From the human T2T-CHM13v2.0 reference genome, Homo sapiens: DNA of 64,000 bases. The DNA lies in NCBI RefSeq assembly GCF_009914755.1, contig NC_060933.1; one strand, 5' to 3'. Shown piece after piece: positions 52,051 through 64,000 of the stretch. The position numbers were made by a program, and so were the translations under genes. The notes under the pieces were generated by a model that searched no databases, was not told where the DNA came from, and saw nothing but the letters and a program-made list of their open reading frames with translations. Each line of letters begins with the position of its first letter. Positions within the stretch are counted from its first letter, which is position 1.

Positions 52051-52819
52051 GCCTCCCTGAGAGGAGTTCTGTAGGTTGCAGAGCAGAGAGAGCTGAATTC
52101 CAGCTTCGGATGCAATCAGGGAAGGCTTCTTGAAGCAGGTGGGGTTGTGCAGCTCCCAAGCTCTCCTTAGCCCTAGCACCCATTCCTTCAATTCTACATC
52201 CATCACAGCCTGGAAGTCTTGACCTCCCTAGCCCCCAAAGTCTGCCACGACTGAGGTGTAATGTTTGAAAATTGCCCACTAAAGTGTGAGAGCAAACCAG
52301 GCAGAATGCTAAAAGACCAGAAAACATAAAATATGAAAACAGCCTCTGACAGTGCAAAAATCAAGGAAGGACTTCTGCAAAAAAAAAAAAAAAAAACTCC
52401 GTTTCTAGCCAAAAGGAGCTTTATTCCACCTAGTAATTCAGTGTGTCTGCTCTCCCTTCCCCCGAAATAGGAACCCTCCACCCTAGGCATGGGTAATAAG
52501 GTGAGGCTGGGATGGCCCTTCCGTAATGAAGGCATTTCTCCTCCTTGGTGGTGGGGGATGAGGCATGATGGAGGGGCAGAGGGAGTCAAGGGCAGTTTGG
52601 GGTACAAATTCCTTTGTCCTGCACAGTCATTCTGAGTCCATGGGATTGGAAGAGTCTTGAAAGCTAAACTAAAGAAGACCCTTGGAAGCTGGGCTCCCAT
52701 CAGTGGGGAAAGGAATTGGGACCCTGGGGCCATACAGAGAGCTCAGCAAAGGTTTGCTTCAAAGGTCTTGGAAGTTTTTGTCAGAAGAAACCTTGAGTTG
52801 TCATGTGGGTGTATACTAA

Positions 52820-53020
52820 AGGCAAAAGCATGGACACCAGAGGTGTATGGGCCTGGTCCAAACCCCAACCCTGCCGTTTCCAACCTGTGTGACCTTGGGA
52901 AAGTCCATTTGCCTCTCTGAATCTTGTATTCCATGAAATAGAATATCTGCGTCAGGGAGTTAAGTGACACACCATCATCTGCAAGAGACATGGCACGAAG
53001 CACAAAGCAGGAATTCAAAT
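52820..53020 (+). mobile_element. MIR SINE
   Basis: 'ctgtgtgaccttgggaaagtccatttgcctctctgaatct'. Confidence 0.75.
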
Positions 53021-53559
53021 GTCGACTTCCTTCACCCTCCTTACAGTGTCAGCCTGGGGGAATAAGACCTGGAGCCTGTGCCCTTCTCCCTACAAATGGC
53101 CTTCTCCCTGATTCTCAGCAGCCCCTCAGCTGACACTGCAGAAAGGGAGGCCAGATTGCTCCTTGGAACACTCTTTCAGAAATGCTAGGCTGAGAACAGA
53201 ATGATTGTGATGTCCATAAGTTTAGGGAATGCTTCCCTGCCCTGTCTCCCCATCAGCGACATTAAAGGCTATGAAAAGGCCTGCAGTGGAGAGACTTGCT
53301 CAACTTTTTTTAGCCCAAAGTCCTACTTGTCCATAGAACTTTTTATTTTTTGAAGAATATCACATATTAATGGCCTCCCAAAACCATATGCCATGAAAAT
53401 ATATTTCAAGAGGTGTTGCCAGATTATATTAAAGGCAAAGGTCAGTTTTATGTGAAAGGGGAAAATGAATTTAAATGTTATTATTACCAAAGTAGATTAT
53501 TTCCCCTTCCCACAACTGATTCCCGGGGACTTTATGCCTCCATCTCCATATCCTGCCCA

Positions 53560-54455
53560 TGCTTCAAGCATCAGCTCACTTACCTCTCATCCATGGGACC
53601 TTCTCTGATTCCTCCTTCACCAGGAGGATGTGGCTTTGCCCTTCCCCCAAATCACAGGCATTCTCTCTGCCCCTCTCCTTAGGCACTGAGCACATCCTAT
53701 CTGGTATTCAGGTGATACTCTATGCATGAATATGTCTGTGTCCCATCAAAATCTAAACTGTCTGAGATCAGGGATATCGCTGCATCTCCAGGGCATTGCA
53801 GAGTGCCTGGAACTTGGGAGGTGCTCAATAATGTCACATGAAGCATGATCCCTATATCCCCTGTCAGTCTAAGAATTGCAAATCCACACATGATTCTAGC
53901 TGGAAAGGACACTGGGGGTTCATCTGACCTAACTCTGAATCCACTGCGTTTCTTTTATTGGACAAGAATTTATTAGACAAGAATTTGAAAGCACCTATTC
54001 TGTGATAGCCATTAGACTAGATGTTCACAGCACAAAGATGAATCAAAATGGCCCTTGCCTTTACTAGCAGGACCATGGGAAGTGGTAGCACAGAGCCTGG
54101 CACGTTCTAGATATACAACAAATATATGTTGAATGATTGAATGGACGAATGGATGAACGTTAAAGATACATACAAAATGGGATGGAACACAAGAAGAGGT
54201 AATATTTGATCTGGATCTGAAGAATGAGGATGTTTCCCAGTAATGAAAAGAAGGGATCGAAGGGTATTCCAGGAAGAGGGAGCAACATATGCAATGACAC
54301 AGAAAGAGGGAAGGACATGATAGGATCCATAAGAAGTTCTTGGAGGGTGAAAGAATGAGTGCCTAAGGAAGAAGGAATGATGTGGCAGGATATGAACAGG
54401 CCAAAGTCAATTATAAAGATAGGCATATGCCCTGCTGAGGAATTTGAGTCTAGTC
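53560..54455. mobile_element. L2 fragments in both orientations
   Basis: 'agagtgcctggaacttgggaggtgctcaataa'; 'tgttgaatgattgaatggacgaatggatgaa'; 'gggtattccaggaagagggagcaacatatgcaa'. Confidence 0.7.
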
Positions 54456-54521
54456 AGCTTGCAAGGATGGTTAGTAAGAGGCCCCCAGATATGATCCTGT
54501 TGTAATTTCTTTGTCCTGGTC

Positions 54522-54937
54522 TGTCATGGGGGCCACGCTGAGCCACACTGATCCTCCTCAGGAAGGAAGGACTTATTCCATCAGCTGTTGGATGTGTTGG
54601 TGGAAGATGGCACTTAGCTGGCAGTTCTTTCTGAAACCGCCTTCTGCTGAAGAGGGCTTGTCTTGTCCTAGGTCATGGCCCCTTCCCAGGGACAGTCTGC
54701 ATCCAATGACTGGGGAAGGAAGACCTATCGCCCTCACCCTAACTCAGGACAACTCTAAAGGGCCACCAAGATCTAGAGTGCTCTGTGGGTCAGATGAGGC
54801 TTTCACTTGGCTTGCAACACAGTTCAGCTTCTCCCTTTGCCCGCTCCTTTTTCCTCCCCCATAGCATTTACCAGTAAATATTCTGCAAGCCAATCTCTAT
54901 CCCAGAATCTACTTCACAGGAAAGTCAACCTAAGACA
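54522..54937 (+). mobile_element. LTR16A-like (ERVL) solo LTR
   Basis: 'gatcctcctcaggaaggaaggact', 'actcaggacaactctaaagggcca', end 'cagaatctacttcacaggaaagtcaacctaagaca'. Confidence 0.8.
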
Positions 54938-55209
54938 TGATCCTTGTACTTTCATTTGCCAGAACATTGCACCCCTCTTCCCGAGTCTATCTCATAACCT
55001 TTGGGAAATAGCTAAATGCTTCACTGCCCAGTGTTAAGAAGAGCCCTTCAGCCTACTAGTTTTACATCCACTGACGAGAGATGGTAATATTGTCCCAAGA
55101 CTTGCAGAGTATAGGACACTGAACAAATAATCATAGCCAAATTCAGAGGTTCCTGGTAGGTAGAGTGAAAGGCACACTTCTTTACAGAATGCATATATTT
55201 GTATGTTTA

Positions 55210-55420
55210 TGCACATTTATTGACCACTCACTGCATGCTAGATTCTACTCACTCATTTAATCTGAACCAGACAGGTATTACTGTCATCTCCTTTTTATAG
55301 ATAAAGGAGCTGAGTCAGAGAGAGGTTACACGGCCTGCCCAAGATCACAAAGCTAGTGTGTGGCAGACATGGGTGAGTCTCAAACCCAAGCAGCCTGGCT
55401 CCTGAGCCACACTCTCCAGC
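55210..55420 (-). mobile_element. MIR SINE
   Basis: 'tttatagataaaggagctgagtcagagagaggtta...ctgcccaagatcacaaagctagt'. Confidence 0.85.
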
Positions 55421-55840
55421 ACACCATACTGCTGGAGACCTCATTGTAATTGTCTGAGAAAAGAGGGACTCTGTGTGGGCAGAACCTAAGAGGGTGGGGA
55501 AAGATAAGGCAGCAGAGGATAGCATGATGTCCAGCACCCACCACATCTTCGGAAAGATTAGGGCCCCAGTGGGGAGAAGGGCAGACCCAGCTACCACCTG
55601 AGCTGTTCTCCGAGGGACTGGATGAAGTGTGGGGCACAAGGAATATTGTACTGGGGTTCAGGTGACAAGATGAGGTAAAGAATTGGGAAGAGGGCATCCT
55701 TGCCCTGCATACATGGGTGGTGGCTTTTGGGATGCTGGGCTGCAGCATCCCTGGTCAGATACTGGAGTTTCAGTGCAGACACAGTGGCGAGACTCAGAGT
55801 CCAAGAGCAAAACACACACCCATATGCTTATTTCTGAGGC

Positions 55841-55841
<1 letters not shown>

Positions 55842-55889
<48 letters not shown>
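55842..55889. repeat. (AC)24 microsatellite
   Basis: Read directly. Confidence 0.97.
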
Positions 55890-55892
<3 letters not shown>

Positions 55893-57319
55893 TATTTATG
55901 AGGCTGTAGGGGACATTCCCAATTTGAGGGCTCCTCCAAGCTGGGGAAGATTCTCTTGGGGCTGAAGTCCTAATGCCTCGTCAGTGAAGCCTTGGAGCTG
56001 TCAAGATCTCTTCACCATCACTTGATGAGTCCTGGATAAGTGGATTATAAGAATGTTCCTATTTTACTGATGAAGTCACTGAGGCTCAGAGTGATTAAGT
56101 AATTTGCCCAGGGTCCTGCATCTGCCACCATCCACCTCTCAACTAGCTATTCCATGGACTCAAGAGCATCTCATTTGCTCTTCCAGTGAAGAGCCTGGCT
56201 TCAATCCTGCAATCATATAGGACATACCTATCTTCACAGTTCCCAAAATGCAAGAAAGCCTGAAAAGTGGTGGTAGCATACTTTACTACGTTTTTCTCTT
56301 CCCAGCCATCTTCCTGTCTCAGGCTCTAGCACCTGCCTGCTTTAAAAATAATAAATAAAATGAATAAATTCTTGCCATGAACAATTGAAAAGGTAGCAAT
56401 TTATTAGCAGGCAGAAGACTCGAGTTCTGATCCTGGTTCTTTCTCTAACTCTTTTTAAGACTTTGAGAAACTTTGCTCCCCTATCTAGACTAAAGGGTCC
56501 CCAGTACTAAAGCAAGTGGGTTGTTCTGGGTCACCTATACAGACATCTCCAGCTTGGACACCTTGTAAATTAAAATTTGTTCATACTGAGGTGTAAATGA
56601 CTACTGACAACCTCTGTCAAGAGAATTGTAACCTAGCCAAAATCACTATCTTGAGTTAAAGCTGACTAAAAAAAAGAAAACTCTTATTGTAGTATTTTAG
56701 CTACAATAAACAACTGGTCATCATGTTCATCAGTGACAGGGAAGAGAAGCCAGCATTGATTGGGCAATATTTTTCTCAGAGCATCATAACACTCACAACA
56801 CCATGAGATGACAATCACTCCATTTTCAGACAAGGAAATGATGACTCAGAGGTATTAATGAATTCGATCAAGGTTGTCCAACTACTGAGTGGCAGAGGAC
56901 AGAGTTGGCTCCACCATGGCTCACTGTACCCTGCCTCCTACCCCGTGCATCCACCCTATGGGAAAGGGGATTAATGGAGACCTCCTGCCATCTTTACTTT
57001 TCAGCCCAGAAAGGTCTTTGTCTAGTTTGCATTGATTTTCGTGTGTTTGTTTGTTCTGGATGCATTTGCAGAATCTGAGATCCCAGCTGAAAATAAGGCA
57101 GATAAAAAGAGAAGTCAAGAGAATGAGAGAGGCGGACTCCTTTCAGCATCTCCAGTATTGAAAATATTTCATGCTGTCTCCACTCTCTTATTTGTTGCCT
57201 CCTTACTTCCTCCACGATAATGTTCCAGACATATCTCCAGCCCATCCATTTGCAGACCCCTGGCTGGTGATAGGTCATGAAGGTGACCACAGAAATTGGT
57301 AGATTCTGAGATATTAATT

Positions 57320-57912
57320 TCTAGCCCTCCTGCCCTAGTGTAATAGCCACTTAACTAATCTTCCTGCCTCTAGTCTCACCGCCTCTTCCAACACCAACAC
57401 AGCATATAAAATGTTACAATATTAAATGCCCCAAAGCACAGCCTGAAAATCTCCAGTGGCTCCTTACTGCCTTCAGAAGAAAGTCCCCATAGTGTGTGTG
57501 GTTCAGCCACAAGCTCCTTTTCAAATCTTAGATCCCACAACCTCATTTATTCTCCTACCTAGGAGTGTGAGCCTATCCCATTTGCTGTAAACTTGCAGTG
57601 ATTTCCTGCCCCAAGCCTGCTTCATTCTCCGTGTTCCCAATTTCCAACCCTTCCTCTTCTGCAGGTCCTAAACCCACTGCAGCGTCATCTCACATGGACA
57701 GTGTTAAGAACCATGTGCCTCCTATTTTGTGCCAGCGACTTTATCTTTGCCTCACCTACTCTGCCTCCTCTCCCCATCTCTACCCCAATCCTGACCCCAC
57801 TAAATACTAAGCTCTGCAAAGGCAATGACCTTGTTTAGTTCATGTCTCTGTCCCCGCAAACTCCAGAAAGAACTTGGAACACAGTAGGTATCAGTAAATG
57901 CTTATGAATGAA
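57320..57912 (+). mobile_element. L2 fragment with 3' end
   Basis: 'tgtaatagccacttaactaatcttcctgcctctagtctc...cttggaacacagtaggtatcagtaaatgcttatgaatgaa'. Confidence 0.75.
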
Positions 57913-58239
57913 GACAATTAATAATAGTCCCTTACATTAGAATAGCAGTTTGCATGAATGTTCTATTCCTAAGTAGAGTCCTGTAAGACCCCCAGGTGGA
58001 GAGATTGCCTGCCCCATGAGCAGAGGAACAAGGTAAGGCCCTGAGAGGCAGATCAGTTTGGTCTAAGTGGCACAGCCCCTCTGCAGTGAGATTAGTACTG
58101 CAACTTTGCTCTCCTGTACAAGTGCGATGTCTAGTGATTTTTAGTTTACAAAATTGCTTTTGCCCCTCCCAGTGATCCCAGCCTCCGGCCCAGACCACTC
58201 CCAGTCACAGGCCGTGGGAGGATTTAGAGACTTTGAACT

Positions 58240-58612
58240 GATGCCACTGCAAACCCGAGGGCTCATTGATGCCATCTGCAGGCTCACCTGAGAGGGCATG
58301 GCCAGCTGTGCCTTCTGGGTTCTGCCTGACAGATGCCACCTGCTGCTGCAGAGGGCATGAGAGGGAGACCAGAGCAAGACAGCAAGGGCCACAGCAGCTG
58401 ATGCCTGCCTTGCATTCTTGGCATCTGCCAGGCTGACTTCATTTTCAGATTTTGCACCTGCAGATGTTGAGGAGATTTCTTGGCCTCTCAGAATAACAGG
58501 ATCAGGGTTATTAATTTGCAGCTTCAAATTCCTCTTGACTGCTACTCTCAGCCCCAGGGTCAGCACCCAGGCACCCATCTGGTGACTCCTTTGAAAGGTC
58601 CTTTGACACATG
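58240..58612. promoter_or_regulatory. Candidate bHLH (E-box) enhancer
   Basis: 11 CANNTG sites in ~340 bp of apparently unique sequence (see findings). Confidence 0.45.
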
Positions 58613-58954
58613 TCTCCTTCTCAAATCTGCTTCATTCCTCGCGGTAAGCAAAGAAGCCAACGCTCATCGAAAAAGGTCAAACACCCGTACTGTGTTTGTT
58701 CACGAGGGTGATATTTCACCAAAGAGCAGATGCTTCCTAAATGATAAATAAGAGCAGCAGCGCCCTGCAGGTCTCAGGGGAGGGAAAGGTCTCCACTCCA
58801 TATGCAGCACAGGCTCCAGCAAAGACTAGGAAGAAGGGAAGGGCACAGTTTAATTCATTACGGCGCATAACCTCGATACAGGGAGTGGATAGTGCACCTA
58901 ACACATAGTGTGTCCTCCATTAATGCTTATTGAATGGACAGATAACTTCATTAG

Positions 58955-59505
58955 CAACCACTCATTGAACACCTGCTATAGGCCAGACACTGCAAAATTC
59001 TTAAATATACTTTCTTATTTAATCCGCATCACAACTCTATGAGGAAATAGGCTCAGAAAAGCTGAGCTACTTGTCCAAGATTACTTAGCTAATACGGGAT
59101 GCATCTCAGGTGTGTCTGGCTGCAGGATCTGAATTATTAACCACCAGGCTGCAAGTGCATGGAGCCTAATAAACCTGGGCCTGGACCTGAGCTCCACCTT
59201 GAATAAGTAGCTGCAGGGTAAGAACGCAGAAATAACACTAGAGGCTGAAGAGATCAGCTGCCTATTTAGCATGCAAGAAATACTGCATACCTTGGAGTCC
59301 AACAGACTTGAGCTTAGATGTTACTCCCTCCACTTGGTAACAGTATGACCACCACAGAAGTTACTGAGTTTCTGGTCCCTGTTTTCCTCCTCTGTAAAAT
59401 GGGCTGAATAAGAACTAAACTGCAGAATTATTATGAACGTTAAATAGGGCAATCTATATAAAGGATGAGTACATAGTAGATGTTTAGTAAATATTAGCCC
59501 TTATT
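58955..59505. mobile_element. Two MIRs (- 58955-59150, + 59265-59505)
   Basis: 'ggctcagaaaagctgagctacttgtccaagatt'; 'tggagtccaacagacttgag...ttttcctcctctgtaaaatgggc'. Confidence 0.75.
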
Positions 59506-59573
59506 ATCATTTCTCTGGGTAGGAGTAAACAAGGAGCATATAGAATGAATAATAGATGAGTAAATTGAGATGA

Positions 59574-59918
<345 letters not shown>

Positions 59919-60179
59919 TGAGATCAAGGACCTCTTACATCCTCCCCATTGCCACAGGCAATGCAACACCTGTGAAATAGGAACACCTATCACAGAATAC
60001 CCTTAAGTTCTAAAAACAAACATGAATTCAAATCTCTCTACTCACTTTCACGCCAGGAGGATACCCATCCACCTATAGATCAACTGGCATTGGCCAGGGG
60101 TTTTGATCTCCCCACTTGCCTTTCTTTTCACCTGTTAGTCCCTGCTCTGTCCTTGACTCAACTAGCTTCTAAACTACAT

Positions 60180-60600
60180 GATATTTATTCAAAGAGCAGT
60201 GGAAATTCATTGAAGCGTTTTGGACAGTAATCAACTCTGTGCATTTAAAAGGTTTCTCATGCTATAATATGGAGGACTGTTTAGAGTATATCAAGTGGAT
60301 TTGGGTGAACCAAGCAGGAAGCTACTGAAGTCATCCAGGCAGGAGACTATGGTTTTTCAGACTAGTGGTGAGGATAGAGCCTGGAGAAGTATTGAGAGGA
60401 GAGACACTGAGGAGGTAAAACTGTCAGGTTTTAGAGATGGATTGGAGTGCAAGATAAGAAGAAGGATACTATAAAAAGTAAGTTTGGGACTTGTGGCTTG
60501 CATAACCAGACAGATAATGTTCCTCTTCACTGAGATGAGGAGGGACAGATGAGCATTACATTTGAGAGGGAAGCAAGAGCATGAGTTCTATTTGGAGCAT
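60180..60600 (-). mobile_element. L2 fragment
   Basis: 'gcaggaagctactgaagtcatccaggcaggagac...ggaggtaaaactgtcagg...atgagttctatttgga'. Confidence 0.75.
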
Positions 60601-62419
60601 AACCATTGTCTAAGTGATCAGAAAGTTGCCAAGAAGGCCTTCTCACTACAGTCTGTGACATATCTTGGAGTACAACATCAGTGGGGAAAGGGCCAGTGTT
60701 CCATTCATAACAGCATAGTCACCAAGGGTTAGGCTGGAAAAACAGAACCAAAAACTATCGCGCTAGTATCCTGGGAGCTTGGGGTTTACACAAACTTGAT
60801 GGAGCATACAGATGTAATCAGCCATCGGCACTGTAGCCAGAACTAGAGGATGACTTCGGGTGGGAGTACCAGGAGACACAGGGCAGCTGTCACAAGGCAG
60901 AAGGCTGGAGACCATGGCAGATGAGATACCTAGGAATGCTGATGGACTTGGAAGGAGACTTTTTGGTAATTTTCCTAGTGGCAGGTAACCCAGGAGACTC
61001 CTGCATTTCTTACTCACACACCTATTACAGATCCCAGTTACAATCCTATGGTCCTAGAGAAGGTCTCCATGCCTGTGAGCTGCAATCCTTTTATATGTAA
61101 GGGTTTAATCTGATACGTAAGAGATCGATCTTATCGGATCATTTTGAAAATCAAATAAGGCAATGTGTATTAAGTGTAACAAATAGCACATAGTAGAGAA
61201 TCAATAAATGTTGGTTTACATCTCCATCAGCCATCTTGGAGAGCTGATTTCAATTTGGTTTCATCAATTAGTCACCATTGACAGAGCCTTTGGTATGCGT
61301 TAAGTGCAAAGAAAGATAAAAAGAAGTGACTGACAGGAATTATTCCCTTAAGGTGCTTACAATCCATCAGGAAAGAAGAACGTGTAAACAACCAATTCCA
61401 ACATAGATAACAAAGGGAAAGTAATACTATTAACTGACTGCAGCAGCCACTCTGCCTCTAAAAAGGGGCATAATTTCCTCTAGCATGGATAGCTTTTTTT
61501 TTTTTTTTTAAGAAAATGAAATACCTGGAAAGGTACTTTTTGGGTAGGAAAAGTAACCCCAACATATCCACCTAGTGTATGTCTGGGAAAAGAAGGTGAA
61601 ACACAGCACAGTAAGAGGTCATCAAGGGCACATGCATTGATCTTGCATTGCAGTGTTCTACATTGTGTAAGAAATGTACAATAAATAATTATTTTAAATG
61701 ATCCCTGGATATAAGAAAGATCTGCAAAAGAATGAACAGAAAGTATGAGGGGTGAGGGGAGCTTGGGTGGGAAGAGACCGAGAAGAAGCTGATCAACATG
61801 ATGACAGTAAGGTCTAGGTAGTGGCTAGTCCTCCTGCAGGGAGATTTTCTAGAAACTGGGTACCTAGTGTTCACTTTAAGTGAATGTTCATGTCATCCTG
61901 CAACATTATCCCCCTGATCCTCATCCCCTAAGCTTCATGCTGCCATGCATGGTCTTGGTTGCTGGCTCTTTGGGGGAAGTGAAAACACTGAGGTTTGTCC
62001 CATGAGGATCTGCTCAGCTTAGGTAAGATGTGCAAAATGGGAGAAGATGAGAGGACCAAGATAACCACAGAAGCAAAATGGAACCAGAAGTGGCACAGAG
62101 GGAATAAAGCCCCTTAAAATCTCTAGAGGTAGGAAAAGGAAGACTGGCTTTCCTACCAGGTATGCAATAAGGATTTGAAGGTTAAGGTGGGCAAAGGACC
62201 TATTACATAATGACATTTGGGTTTACCAGGAATGATAATATATTGGTGGTGACCAGATAGTAACCAGCCTGTTCGATGTGGGGATGCTGCCACTATTACC
62301 TAAGTCTTGATAGGGTTGAGATTTACAGACAAGGCCCAGACCACTTCAGCTCCTGCCCTCAGCATCTCTAAAATTTTGCCTTAGATTATTGAATGTGTCC
62401 ACAAACTAACTTGAGAGGT

Positions 62420-62660
62420 TTAGCATATGTATTAGGCACATAGCCTCTGGATCCAGACTACTTGGATTCTACTCCTGACACTGCCACATACAAGCTGTGT
62501 GGCTTTGAACACGTTGCTTCCCCACTCCATGCCTCAGTCTACTCATCTATGAAATGAGGATAATAAGAGCACCTATTCAATAGGATTGTTATGAAGTTTA
62601 GAACAAATTAGCAGCACAGCAAAGCGATTAGAACAGTGTTTGGCTTATAGTAAATGCTCA
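62420..62660 (+). mobile_element. MIR SINE
   Basis: 'ctgccacatacaagctgtgtggctttgaac...gcctcagtctactcatctatgaaatgaggataata'. Confidence 0.85.
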
Positions 62661-62664
62661 TTTA

Positions 62665-62966
62665 CAACAGTCCTCCCCTTATTTGCAGTTTCACTTTCTG
62701 CAGTTATTACCCACTGTAAAGTAAAATAAGATGTTTAAAGAGAGATCACATTCACCTAACTTGCGTTACAGTATATTGTTATAATTTTCTATTTTATTAT
62801 TAGTAATTGTTGTTAATCTCTTACTGTGCCTAACTTATAAATTAAGCTTTCTCATAGGTATGTATACCTAGGAAAAAAACATAGGATATATAGGGTACTA
62901 TTCATAGTTTCAGACACCTGCTGGGCATCTTGGAACATATGCCCCACAGATAATGACAGACTACTG
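62665..62966. mobile_element. MER44A (TcMar-Tigger7 derivative)
   Basis: 'agtcctccccttatttgcagtttcactttc', 'ttacagtatattgttataatt...tgttaatctcttactgtgcctaa', end 'gataatgacagactactg'. Confidence 0.88.
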
Positions 62967-63099
62967 TTGTATTACCTAGAAGTATTAGTAATAGTAGCAG
63001 GAGAAAGAGCAATGATGGTAGAACTAGAGGACAGCCACTGATATAGTGACCTGAATCCAGGCTCCTCAAGTCCAGGCCTTGGCAGCACTATTGCAGCCC

Positions 63100-63588
63100 T
63101 GTTACGGGGTAAATTGTACTCTCAAAGAGATATGTTGAATTCCTAATCTCTGGTACCTCAAAATGTGACCTTATTTGGAAATAGAGTTGTTACCATTGTT
63201 ATCCACATAATTAGTTAAGGTCATGCTGGAGTAAGGTGGGCCCTTAACTCAATATGATTGTGTCCTTATAAGAAGAGGTGAGAGAGGCACAGGGAAGGGA
63301 GTGTTGTGTGTGGACAGAGACACCCAGGGAGAAGAATGCCACGTGGCAATGGAGGCAGAGCTCTGAGGCAGCTGCAAGCCATAAAACACCAAGGGTTGGT
63401 GGTGACATCCGAAGCTAAGAGAAGGGCATGGAACAGATTCTCCCCTAGAACCTTCCAGAGGGTGTGGTGCCGCCATCACCTAGATTTCAGACTTCCTGCC
63501 TCTAGAGCTGTGAAAGAGTAAATTCCTGTTGTTTTAAGCCATCCAGCTTGTGGTAGTTTGCTATGGAAGCCCTAGGAAGCTACTGTGG
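63100..63588 (+). mobile_element. MLT1C-like solo LTR
   Basis: 'gatatgttgaattcctaa...atgtgaccttatttggaaatag...gcatggaacagattctccc...gttgttttaagcca'. Confidence 0.9.
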
Positions 63589-64000
63589 GCACCCTCAGAT
63601 ACCTCTGACACTCTAAACTCCTGGCCTCTCCAGCCAGGAGCTCCCCAGCAGAAAAGCCAGAAGCACCCTGGCTCTCAGCCACAGCTCTCCTGCAGGTGCT
63701 CTGGCCCCTCTCAAATACTACCACTTGGGAAGAATTCTGGTGGATTCTTTACTCTGGACTTCTCTCCTTGAGGCACCTCACCACCACTGCTGGTGCCTCC
63801 AGCAGTCACTGCTCCAGCAGCAGCATCCAACTCTGCTCGGCAGCCACGGTGCACCGGGGGTCTGGGGCTGAGAGGGTAAGGGCAGGAGACATCCCTTACA
63901 TACCTCTAGGTCGCACTGTGCCCTGTACAGGGCTGCATCTGCCCTGAGGTCTCACATGGGAGGGATCCAGCCTCTCAGCTCCAACTGTCATCCCTCTGTC

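Noticed and set aside
52203-52733. Longest ORF (176 aa)
   Set aside because: No recognisable domain; runs through a homopolymer (poly-F); length is compatible with chance.
58141-58611. 156-aa minus-strand ORF over the E-box cluster
   Set aside because: No recognisable homology or exon structure; more simply explained as non-coding.

Overview
This is primate (catarrhine, probably human or great ape) non-coding DNA, judged from AluY, AluS and L1PA elements. I find no protein-coding gene, structural RNA gene, CpG island or CRISPR array. The listed ORFs are Alu, L1, LTR or microsatellite translations, or chance frames. The window is a dense mosaic of ancient repeats (MIR, L2, MLT1/MST/LTR16 solo LTRs, hAT and TcMar DNA-transposon remnants, L1M fragments), plus six Alus and two L1P insertions. 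I cannot support a new gene system. The best leads are: (1) a ~230-bp local duplication inserted into an MLT1J LTR that preserves the pre-Alu state of its donor; (2) two other templated-insertion-like scars; (3) a very dense E-box/GATGCCA cluster at ~58.2-58.6 kb; (4) a strong CTCF-like motif at 41.15 kb, convergent with one at 33.84 kb; (5) a pre-miRNA-sized hairpin formed by tail-to-tail MIRs at 51.8 kb; (6) several homeodomain-motif-rich unique stretches that may be enhancers. Repeat subfamily names come from remembered consensus sequences, and old-repeat boundaries are approximate (about +/-20-50 bp). No database search was run and the locus was not identified.
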